A stretch of 64,000 nucleotides of DNA from a virus (lineage: Duplodnaviria > Heunggongvirae > Uroviricota > Caudoviricetes): IMG/VR virus record IMGVR_UViG_3300026549_000047, positions 52,158-116,157 of that record. One strand, given 5' to 3'. The position numbers were made by a program, and so were the translations under genes. Shown piece after piece: positions 28,173 to 35,596 of this stretch. The notes under the pieces were generated by a model. That model ran no database searches and was not told the origin of the DNA. It saw only the letters and a list, made by a program, of their open reading frames with translations. Position 1 is the stretch's first letter, and each line of letters opens with the position of its first letter.

Positions 28173-28244
28173 GTGCCGTTGCATGAGTAGTTTAGTGGGT
28201 GGTCCGCAAAACCATTTAGAGTGGTGCAATTCCACTACGGCACT
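28173..28244 (+). tRNA. tRNA-Cys (GCA) candidate
   Basis: Perfect 7-bp acceptor GTGCCGT/ACGGCAC; T arm AGTGGTGCAATTCCACT; anticodon stem GTGGT/ACCAT with loop CC-GCA-AA (C33 is unusual); followed by a T-run. Confidence 0.35.
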
Positions 28245-28286
28245 CCTTTTAAAACATAAAACATAACTAAATTTTAAAGTTTATAT

Positions 28287-28925
28287 ATGGCAGAAATTAC
28301 AGTAACAAGAGCCCTTAGTGAATTAAAGACACTTAAGGCTAGATTCGAAAAGTCACTCAGAGACCTTAACCTGGTGGCTGTTAATCAGGGATCAAAGCTC
28401 CGTGCTCCCTTCACTTCCTACAAGAAGGAGGATTTTGAAGATAAAGCCAGAGCAGGGCTTCAGAGTTCCAACGCTCTTTATGCAAGGATTATTGCTCTCA
28501 AGACCGCCATTGACCAGTCCAATTCTGTGACGAAGGTTAAGATATGTGGTCAAGAGCTAACTATCCAGGAAGTCCTCGTCCAGAAAAAGTACTTAGAGTT
28601 GAAGCATGACTTACTCAGTGAATTGAAATCACAGGCAGTACGTATGCGTCAGGATTATGATTCAGCAATTCAGGAGAACAACTCAGCTATCGAGAAGATG
28701 GTTGCATCAACTATTGGTCGTGACGGTAGCGAACAACAAAAGACAGCCGCACGAAAAGAGGCTGAGGAGTATATCAACAGAACCCGCGAGGTTAGTGTGA
28801 TTGATCCTTGCGCTATCGATGGACTTATTAAGGACCTAGAGGATAATATCTCTGAGTTTGAGAATAATGTAGACTATGCCTTGTCGGAAAGTAACAGCAC
28901 AACTGTTATCAATATACCCGACTAA
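28287..28925 (+). CDS. hypothetical protein (coiled-coil rich)
   Basis: 212 aa ORF following the tRNA cluster. Confidence 0.5.
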   Translation: MAEITVTRALSELKTLKARFEKSLRDLNLVAVNQGSKLRAPFTSYKKEDFEDKARAGLQSSNALYARIIALKTAIDQSNSVTKVKICGQELTIQEVLVQKKYLELKHDLLSELKSQAVRMRQDYDSAIQENNSAIEKMVASTIGRDGSEQQKTAARKEAEEYINRTREVSVIDPCAIDGLIKDLEDNISEFENNVDYALSESNSTTVINIPD

Positions 28926-29074
28926 AGAAGAATAATATTACTTACCCGGAAAGCGGCAAGAAATAACGCCTTCTTTATATCTGGAAGTAAATTAAGATAT
29001 GTTTTCTAGAACCGCCATGGTTTTGGGTTTATGCAGCTTGCAACGCTGTGTTAGTATTAACACTTATTAAAATT

Positions 29075-29175
29075 TACTCAAAGATCAAAGATATAAAGAT
29101 GAAAGTTCAAAGATTAAAGCTTATGAGAAAATTAAAGTTAAAAGATCATAGCTTAAAGATAGACAAAATCCTTGG
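29075..29175. repeat. cluster of at least 7 AAAGAT / TTAAAG short direct repeats (iteron-like)
   Basis: caaagatcaaagatataaagatgaaagttcaaagattaaagc...ttaaaagatcatagcttaaagatagac in an otherwise non-coding stretch. Confidence 0.3.
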
Positions 29176-29469
29176 ATTAGTTCATCACTCGAAAGGGTGT
29201 AGGAGTTTTGCAGTTGTACCTTCTGCCGCTTATACAAGGCAGGGTCGGTAATATAGATTTATAAAGAGAATTCCCTAATGAAGGGAGTTTTCTTTTTTAC
29301 CGTCTAAAAAGCTGCGAAAGCCTTATATATGAAGAATATAATATGAATTTTACCCGGAAATTTCAAACACCGGGGGGGGGATGGAAATTACAAATGTAAT
29401 TTTCTTCCTTTAATTTTTTTGAATTGTGATAATTAACAAAAATATTAACAAGAAAAGCAAAAAAAGTTT

Positions 29470-29796
29470 ATGAAAACAGTAAAATTAGAGTTCAAAGAAG
29501 AAACTGTATCTGGATTTATTTCCCTAGAGTATATTGAAAACACGAAGAATGGTGATTTAAATTGGCACTATGCTACTGCCACTGATAGCTATGAAACGGC
29601 TGGAAATCCTGATTATAAATTTATAGCAGTAACTGACTGGAAACATGCTGATAAGTTCGCAGATTTCTGTGAAGCAGTGGCAGGAATAAACAAAAAATCA
29701 AGAAAGGCAAGAAGATTTACTGCATTACCGTTTACTGGTGATCAAGTACGAGAACTCTGGGTAAAATTTCTATACAGAGAATTATTAAAGAATTAA
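29470..29796 (+). CDS. hypothetical small protein, tandem paralog A
   Basis: Shares FIAVTD.KHA..F.D.CE.AAGI..KS.KARR...LPFTG.Q...LWV.F with the next gene. Confidence 0.55.
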   Translation: MKTVKLEFKEETVSGFISLEYIENTKNGDLNWHYATATDSYETAGNPDYKFIAVTDWKHADKFADFCEAVAGINKKSRKARRFTALPFTGDQVRELWVKFLYRELLKN

Positions 29797-29889
29797 TGAA
29801 CCTTTGGGAAATAGGTTACTGACCTAGAGTACCATGACATAAATTAACAGACAAATTTATCTTATTAACAATTATATGAATAAAAAATT

Positions 29890-30192
29890 ATGAAAAGTTT
29901 AACATTTAAAGGGGAGTATTTTTATGCTTTAGAATATCTTGAAAGAAACAAATATTGTAATTGGCATCTTGGTTCAGTAAATAGTTATAAGGAACCTGGT
30001 ATTAGCGATTACGTATTCATTGCAGTTACAGATAATAAACATGCTGAGAGGTTTATGGATTATTGTGAACATGCTGCAGGAATATGTTTAAAATCAAAGA
30101 AAGCCAGAAGATGTAAAAGATTGCCTTTTACAGGTGAGCAAATAAAAGTACTTTGGGTAAATTTTATATCACAAGAAATCAAAGAAAGATAA
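29890..30192 (+). CDS. hypothetical small protein, tandem paralog B
   Basis: About 35-40% identical to 29470..29796 over the full length. Confidence 0.55.
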   Translation: MKSLTFKGEYFYALEYLERNKYCNWHLGSVNSYKEPGISDYVFIAVTDNKHAERFMDYCEHAAGICLKSKKARRCKRLPFTGEQIKVLWVNFISQEIKER

Positions 30193-30251
30193 AGGGTTTC
30201 AACCCTTTTCTTTTTCTACGCCTTATATGTGTATAAAATTATAAAACTTAT

Positions 30252-31172
30252 ATGACAAACAGAGAAAGAATATTAAACGCATGGGGCGAAAATAATGAAA
30301 TTAAGTATCCTATTGGTTTTGGTCAAATAGTTGGAAAAAGAACTCCAGAAGGAGAATACCTATTTAGCTATATGTATACCAAAAATAAACAGATCGTTTT
30401 TGGATTAGATGGAAATGAATGTTACGAAGAAATTACCTGGGACAAACTCGATAGAGACATAAGAAAGAATGTTTACGAGTTCATGAAACGCGGCGGCTTG
30501 TTCTACCCTAAAGAGAACTTGTTATCGTATGAAGAAATTTCAAAACAAATAATTGAAATTTTTGGTGATGACGACTTAGGTGAAGAAGGAGAAGCATACT
30601 TTGAGCCAGAAGATTACATAATCATTCATGGAAAAATAGACGATGACGAATTTGCTCCATATAATATATCTGGGGCATCAACGCAGAGTGGAGAAGTTTT
30701 AGTATTCTTCGATAACAGTGAAGGCGTCTCTACTTTGCGTCCAGAGGAAGTTTCTCTTATAGACGCTAATATTCTTCTATCTAGAATAAAAGAATTAGAA
30801 AAAGCAGGAAGATTTGAAGATGAGAAAAAATATTACGAAAAGCTATACGAAAGTACGAAAGACGACGATCCATATAAAGATTGGAGAGATGATGAAGATA
30901 CTTCCACTGCTGAGAAACTTAGATATGAAATACTAGAACTTATCAAGAAACAAGGAGTACAGGAAAGGTGTATTAAGTTAAGTCCTTATGTTCAAGTAGG
31001 GCCATGTAATTTCCTTATGGCTTTTCACCTCGATGAAGATGACAGATACCTGGATGGATTTGAGTTAGATATGACTGGAGGTTCTGTAATGTTGAAAGAA
31101 ACAACCTATTCAAAAGTTCTTAAGAATTTACAGAAACAAGTTAAGGAAGGAAAATCCATAATAGATTACTAA
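30252..31172 (+). CDS. acidic (Asp/Glu-rich) hypothetical protein
   Basis: 306 aa, strongly acidic. Confidence 0.5.
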   Translation: MTNRERILNAWGENNEIKYPIGFGQIVGKRTPEGEYLFSYMYTKNKQIVFGLDGNECYEEITWDKLDRDIRKNVYEFMKRGGLFYPKENLLSYEEISKQIIEIFGDDDLGEEGEAYFEPEDYIIIHGKIDDDEFAPYNISGASTQSGEVLVFFDNSEGVSTLRPEEVSLIDANILLSRIKELEKAGRFEDEKKYYEKLYESTKDDDPYKDWRDDEDTSTAEKLRYEILELIKKQGVQERCIKLSPYVQVGPCNFLMAFHLDEDDRYLDGFELDMTGGSVMLKETTYSKVLKNLQKQVKEGKSIIDY

Positions 31173-31252
31173 AGAGGGTTAATTCCCTCTTTCTTTTCAT
31201 TTCCTTAAAGATGATATAAACTTTTAGTTTTATTTAAACTCATTATTTTATT

Positions 31253-32767
31253 ATGGTAACTTACATTATTATTGGAGCAATTTTATTGCTATTTGTATTA
31301 GTTGCGTCGATGTCTTACGTCAAGGCTCCTCCCTCGTATGCCTTCGTGATCTCTGGTATCAACAAGGAACCTCGTGTGCTCATTGGTCGTGGTGGATTCC
31401 GTCTGCCATTCCTGGAGCGCCTGGATAAGGTTTATCTTGGTCAGGTCAACGTAGATGTACGGACTGAAGAAGACGTTCCCACATCTGACTTTATTAATGT
31501 AGCTGTGGACGGCTGCTGTAAGGTGCGCGTTATTCCTTCCTCAGAGGGTATTCGTCTGGCTGCAAAGAACTTCCTTAACGCGAAAGCAGAGAATATCTCT
31601 CAACAGTTGAAGGACACCTTGCAGTCTAATCTTCGTGAGATTGTAGGTACCATTGACCTGAAGTCTCTTAATCAGGATCGTGATGGTTTCGGAAAGAAGG
31701 CCGAGTTGAGTGCATCCAAAGATATGGAGAAACTCGGTATTGAGATTCTTTCATTCAATATTCAGTCTATCACTGATCGTGAAGGTCTTATCAAGGACCT
31801 GGGTGCTGACAATACAGCCCGCATTAAGAAGGACGCCGCCATCAACAAGGCTAACGCAGAACGTGACGTAGCCAAGGCAAAGGCTCTTGCTGATCGTGAG
31901 GCTAATGAAGCTCGTGTTGATGCTGATACTGCTATCGCCGAGAAACAGAATGAGCTTGCCTTGAAGAAGGCCGCCCTTAAACAGAAAGCAGATACTGCTC
32001 AGGCTGATGCCGACGCTGCCTATGCTATTCAGCAGCAGGAACAGCAGAAGACTATCAACATCAAGACCGTCGAAGCTCAGATTGAGCAGACTCGTCAGGA
32101 GAAAATTCTCTCAAAGGAGCAGATTGAAATTAAGCAGAACCAGCTGACTGCAGAGGTTGAGAGAAAGGCTGATGCTGAGAAGTATAAGACTGAGAAGGAT
32201 GCACAGGCTGCCCTTGAGACTCGTAAGCGTAAGGCTGAGGCCGAGCGTTATGAGGCAGAACAGCAGGCACAGGCTAAGAATGCTGAAGCTGAGGCTAGGA
32301 AGTATGCCATGGAGCAGGAGGCGGCTGGTATCAAAGCTAAGGGTGAAGCCGAGGCATATGCCATCCGAGAGAAAGGTAAAGCTGAAGCAGAAGCAACGGC
32401 TGCTCGTCTCGCTGCAGAGGCTGAAGGTATGGACAAGAAAGCTGAGGCTTTCAAGAAGTACAATGATGCTGCTATCACTCAGATGATCGTTGAGCAGCTC
32501 CCAGGTATGGCTGAGTCTATCGCCAAGAGCATTGCCGGTGTTGGTAGTATCAATATCTACAGCACGAATGGTGGCTCTGGTCTGGAGTCTGTGGCAGGTT
32601 CTGTGCCTGTCATGATCAAGCAGGTCATGGATACGGTGAAGAGTGCAACCGGAGTCGATATGGCTGGTGTCATTAAGGCCGGTAGCATTGAGGCTCAGAC
32701 GGACAGAAATATTAACGTAACTGGAATCCCAGGTGGTGCTCCAGCTACTCCGACGCAAGAAGAATAA
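31253..32767 (+). CDS. flotillin-like SPFH/band-7 protein (N-terminal membrane anchor, SPFH domain, long Ala/Glu/Lys-rich coiled coil)
   Basis: TM helix IIIGAILLLFVLVA; SPFH-like block VISGINKEPRVLIGRGGFRLPFLERL...; about 200 aa of EA/AEA-type coiled-coil repeats typical of flotillin FloT/YuaG. Local GC is visibly higher (about 50%) than the surrounding genome. Confidence 0.8.
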   Translation: MVTYIIIGAILLLFVLVASMSYVKAPPSYAFVISGINKEPRVLIGRGGFRLPFLERLDKVYLGQVNVDVRTEEDVPTSDFINVAVDGCCKVRVIPSSEGIRLAAKNFLNAKAENISQQLKDTLQSNLREIVGTIDLKSLNQDRDGFGKKAELSASKDMEKLGIEILSFNIQSITDREGLIKDLGADNTARIKKDAAINKANAERDVAKAKALADREANEARVDADTAIAEKQNELALKKAALKQKADTAQADADAAYAIQQQEQQKTINIKTVEAQIEQTRQEKILSKEQIEIKQNQLTAEVERKADAEKYKTEKDAQAALETRKRKAEAERYEAEQQAQAKNAEAEARKYAMEQEAAGIKAKGEAEAYAIREKGKAEAEATAARLAAEAEGMDKKAEAFKKYNDAAITQMIVEQLPGMAESIAKSIAGVGSINIYSTNGGSGLESVAGSVPVMIKQVMDTVKSATGVDMAGVIKAGSIEAQTDRNINVTGIPGGAPATPTQEE

Positions 32768-32777
32768 AAATAGAGAA

Positions 32778-32822
32778 ACCTTAGGGGACGTTTAAATCCT
32801 CTAAGGCTCTCTTTTTATTTTC
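32778..32822. terminator. bidirectional rho-independent terminator between convergent genes
   Basis: 10-bp stem CCTTAGGGGA...TCCTCTAAGG, followed by CTCTCTTTTTATTTT on the plus strand and preceded by A/T-rich sequence. Confidence 0.55.
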
Positions 32823-33456
32823 ACTCTCCTCGGTAAATCTCCTCAGCCTCACGCCTCAAATCGCGAATCCGGAAGAATCTATCAACGGTATTGTTGTAGG
32901 TAATATTATGAACTTTATAGTCCTTATCTCCTGCATCATAACTTATGATTATATCTTCTGGTCGAACAGTAGATGCCTCTAAGATGAGACGAAGCTGTTC
33001 TAAGTCCACGTACTTTTGAGTAAGACCTGGTTGAATTTCAGCCAAGGTTAAGTGTGGAGTGTAGTTTTTGAAAGTAGGTTCAATACCATACTTGGTCAGG
33101 AGTTTCTCGTTAAACTCTGAGAGTACCTTAAACCACCAAGTATCTTCCTTTAATTTCAGAACTACATAACCACTATCATTTTCAAAATTTCCTAACTCGA
33201 AGAGATCGAAGACGGGATAAACCTCTCCATAACTCTTCAAGTTGACTAATTCTGAGTTAAGTGACTCCGGAGAGTCAAACATAACATCAGTCTTATCAAT
33301 AAATCGATCACGGGCATATAGAATTGTGATGTGAGATTCAAATTCTATGCCAGTGTCCTTAAGATCTTCTGCCTCAAAAACCGTAGCAAGTGAGACAGGG
33401 GTCTGTAAGTCACAGGCGAGCATTACACAGCTCGTTACTTTCTTATCGTTTTCCAT
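32821..33456 (-). CDS. 2H phosphoesterase superfamily protein (LigT / cyclic-phosphodiesterase / Acb1-like fold)
   Basis: Two H-x-T-x motifs about 85 aa apart (HITILYA and HLTLAEI) in a 211-aa protein, the diagnostic arrangement for the 2H family. Confidence 0.6.
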   Translation of the reverse strand: MENDKKVTSCVMLACDLQTPVSLATVFEAEDLKDTGIEFESHITILYARDRFIDKTDVMFDSPESLNSELVNLKSYGEVYPVFDLFELGNFENDSGYVVLKLKEDTWWFKVLSEFNEKLLTKYGIEPTFKNYTPHLTLAEIQPGLTQKYVDLEQLRLILEASTVRPEDIIISYDAGDKDYKVHNITYNNTVDRFFRIRDLRREAEEIYRGE

Positions 33457-33464
33457 ATCTCATA

Positions 33465-33596
33465 TTACTTTTGATTTTTTAAGCGGAACTTTACCTTCAT
33501 ATCACCAAGACGGCTCTTGAGCGATGAGCCTCCCTGATTATAACCCTTTGAGTCGGTTACCGTGAGTCCCAAACCAAGCAAGTGATTTAGGAATCG
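33465..33596 (-). CDS. rpoB: RNAP beta subunit: terminal exon (tentative)
   Basis: RFLNHLLGLGLTVTDSKGYNQGG... aligns with the beta C-terminus AYTLQEMLTVKSDDVNGR. It follows an omega-G at 33597 (aaucag|cga). The track ORF 33465..33674 starts in intron sequence. Confidence 0.45.
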   Translation of the reverse strand, partial: RFLNHLLGLGLTVTDSKGYNQGGSSLKSRLGDMKVKFRLKNQK

Positions 33597-34583
33597 CTGA
33601 TTGTCTTCGGCTGCGGTATCACCTCGGGCTGAGTCAAGAAAGTCTTTAGCATTTCTCGAAAGATATGCTGACAATTCCCGTAAAATTCTCTACACTATAT
33701 GTAGAGACAGACTATATCTTCAGCAATGAAAGCTGACTTGTACATAGTCGTTGTGTATAGCTTTAATTTTCTGGCAAAAATCTATATCCACTTTCAGGGT
33801 GTTTAGTTATTAAGCTTTTAACTACTTTTCCTGATAATCCATTAGCTTCCCCTGCTTTTGCTAAGCTTGGAAATATTCGACCTAACGGATCAACTACCTT
33901 TTGGAGCTTTCTTCCTTTTCTTATACTACTAAGCTTAGCTTTTTGTTCATCAGACATTGGTACACCTTTGTTCCATGCCTTTTGTCCTTTGTGGCCTTCA
34001 GATTGATTTAATAAGTAGTCTATATCTCTTTTTCGATTTTTCATATAATTAGACATTTTTTGTCTTTGGCTATTACTTACAATTCTTTTTCTATTAGCTT
34101 CTGCAATCTTCTGTCCGAAACCTTCAGGCATCTTTCTACCTCTATGAGCCTTTGCTGCCTGTTCTCTATAATATGCTATTTCTCTGGTAGAAAATCGTTT
34201 CTCACCTTCTCTACCACCTTTTTTATTAAGAGCCATAGCATTTACAGCCTCTGCTAATCCGGGGCACTTTGGATATATTTCATGTAGTAGTTTATGGACC
34301 AATACATGTTCTTTCGCTGTTAAGTATACAGTATTAGATACATCATCTGTTCCTCCACAGCATTTAGGTATAATATGATGAAATTCATAATATTCCCCAC
34401 ATACTTTTTCTCGATTCTTGGCTCTATTTATTATACTATCGTGCCAAGTTTTATATTTATAATCTGGATTTTTATACTGCATCATCTTTTTATTATATGC
34501 AATATGTTCAGGTCTAGATTTATTTGCCATCTGTTTAATTTTATTTTAACTATATTACTGGTTTTGTTTTTACAGTTCCAGTA
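33597..34583 (-). mobile_element. group I intron (beta intron 5) carrying an HNH homing endonuclease ORF
   Basis: The 5' splice site is about 50 nt upstream of HNH ORF 33763..34530, whose 3' end overlaps the P/Q region. R ACACAACGACUAUG (33757-33744), P8 CAGCuuucauuGCUG, S GAUAUAGUCUG (33735-33725), P9 UCUCUACAuauagUGUAGAGA. It sits between beta motifs GQKIGEIIWFHKPENY and RFLNHLL. Confidence 0.55.
33763..34530 (-). CDS. intron-encoded HNH homing endonuclease with NUMOD-like repeats
   Basis: YYEFHHIIPKCCGGTDDVSNTVYLTAKEHVLVHKLLHE is an HNH motif. Repeated basic ...EANRKR...SDEQKAKLSSIRKGRK... modules follow. Confidence 0.75.
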   Translation of the reverse strand: MANKSRPEHIAYNKKMMQYKNPDYKYKTWHDSIINRAKNREKVCGEYYEFHHIIPKCCGGTDDVSNTVYLTAKEHVLVHKLLHEIYPKCPGLAEAVNAMALNKKGGREGEKRFSTREIAYYREQAAKAHRGRKMPEGFGQKIAEANRKRIVSNSQRQKMSNYMKNRKRDIDYLLNQSEGHKGQKAWNKGVPMSDEQKAKLSSIRKGRKLQKVVDPLGRIFPSLAKAGEANGLSGKVVKSLITKHPESGYRFLPEN

Positions 34584-34694
34584 ATTCTCAGGTTTATGAA
34601 ACCAAATAATTTCACCGATCTTTTGACCCGTTTGTCTATAACGACCACGGCCCATGATAGGATCATCTTTAAACTCATTCACATCTACGCCAAA
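34584..34694 (-). CDS. rpoB: RNAP beta subunit: 37-codon micro-exon between two introns
   Basis: Encodes FGVDVNEFKDDPIMGRGRYRQTGQKIGEIIWFHKPEN, matching the universally conserved beta C-terminal block [25 protein letters not shown]. It is hidden inside track ORF 34482..34724. Confidence 0.5.
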
Positions 34695-34867
34695 CATCGA
34701 TGATGTTACCTTGTTACTGTACATCTATCATTCGCTAAATTATTTTAGTGCTAAGACTATATCACCTAACAGTACATAGTCGTTGTGGAATTTTATTCTA
34801 GCTGATTAGACTTAATCTTTCCAGCTATTAAACTGATTTTACATCCCCATGAATGTAATCTAGGGAT
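34695..34867 (-). mobile_element. group I mini-intron (beta intron 4, about 173 nt, ORF-less)
   Basis: Follows exon ...VGYMSLIELYH, which parallels beta VGYMYMLKLNHL. P UAAUAGCUGGAAAG, Q AAUCAGCUAG, R CCACAACGACUAUG (34790-34777), S GAUAUAGUCUUAG (34764-34752), P9 CUAAAuaauUUAG. An omega-G at 34695 is followed by the micro-exon. Confidence 0.55.
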
Positions 34868-35452
34868 ATGGTACAATTCTATGAGGGACATATAACCCAC
34901 ACTAAGTGGTTTATCTACCTCAATGTATTTACCTTCCATGTTTTTCTTGATGATTTCAAATTCGTCCTCGGGGAGGTTTTCTTTAAGCTCATCAAGATCA
35001 GCAACAGTATTTGTTGGAATGAGTATTTTTGATTGTGGTGTAACACCAAGTTCCTGTGCCCACTGATCCACCAGCTGCGGAGTAAACTTAGTGCTATACG
35101 AACCGACGTTCATGTAATAGACGTCCTCAAGCTTATGAGTATTGTGATATTCAATAAACTCGTCGAGGGTCATATTATCAAAACGGCCGGGATAATATTT
35201 TTGTACGAGAGGAAGAATAGTATTTCGCTCAGTTTTACTACCATTCTTACGTTCTTCTACGATGTCATGAATACGAACACAACAGGTAGAGAGAAGTTGT
35301 TCCATGTTCACGCTGGGGATTTTACGATTGATTGTACTGTATGGGTTCATGACCACCTCGACTACTCGTTTTTTCCCAGTTCCATTCTCTACCATGATCG
35401 GCATCTGGCTGTCTGGGAGAATTTTGCTTATAACTCCCTTACCTCCATCAAG
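34868..35452 (-). CDS. rpoB: RNAP beta subunit: exon (LDGGKGVISKI...NPYS...VGYMSLIELYH)
   Basis: Upstream extension of track ORF 34793..35404: LDGGKGVISKILPDSQMPIMVENGTGKKRVVEVVMNPYSTINRKIPS matches beta [42 protein letters not shown]. The track's tail after ...LYHI is intron read-through. Confidence 0.7.
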
Positions 35453-35596
35453 TCAATTACCAAACCTTTGTTTAGTATTAAGACTATATCTTCGTAAATA
35501 CATATAGTCGTTGGAGACATTCCTATCTTGCTGATTTGAACTTAATATCGTCCCAGCAATTAATACTTTTAACAGACCTGGAATTTAATCTGTTTG
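35453..35596 (-). mobile_element. group I mini-intron (beta intron 3, about 144 nt, ORF-less) inside the [13 protein letters not shown] catalytic-region motif
   Basis: Flanking exons join as ...IKRTNLMIG | LDGGKGVISKI, the same length as E. coli [15 protein letters not shown]. The upstream frame is closed by TGA at 35453-55. The intron holds all four cores: P AUUGCUGGGA, Q AAAUCAGCAAG, R CCAACGACUAUAUG (35516-35503), S GAUAUAGUCUU (35490-35480), then P9 ACAAAggUUUGG. Confidence 0.65.

Noticed and set aside
32111-32758. Antisense and alternative-frame ORFs inside the flotillin gene (32111..32758 minus, 32157..32486 plus, 32248..32478 minus).
   Set aside because: Artefacts of the GC-rich, low-complexity Ala/Glu/Lys coiled-coil coding region; the plus-strand SPFH/flotillin frame is the coherent one.
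34482-34724. Track ORF of 80 aa (MYSNKVTSSMFGVDVNEF...), and also track ORF 33465..33674 and the tails of 38084..39058, 42337..43209 and 44287..44604, as independent genes or true C-termini.
   Set aside because: They are chimeras of exon and intron sequence. For example, the QRLYDRTKVI* tail of 38084..39058 is encoded by the R element and the stop lies in the S element. Only the exon parts belong to the RNAP genes.
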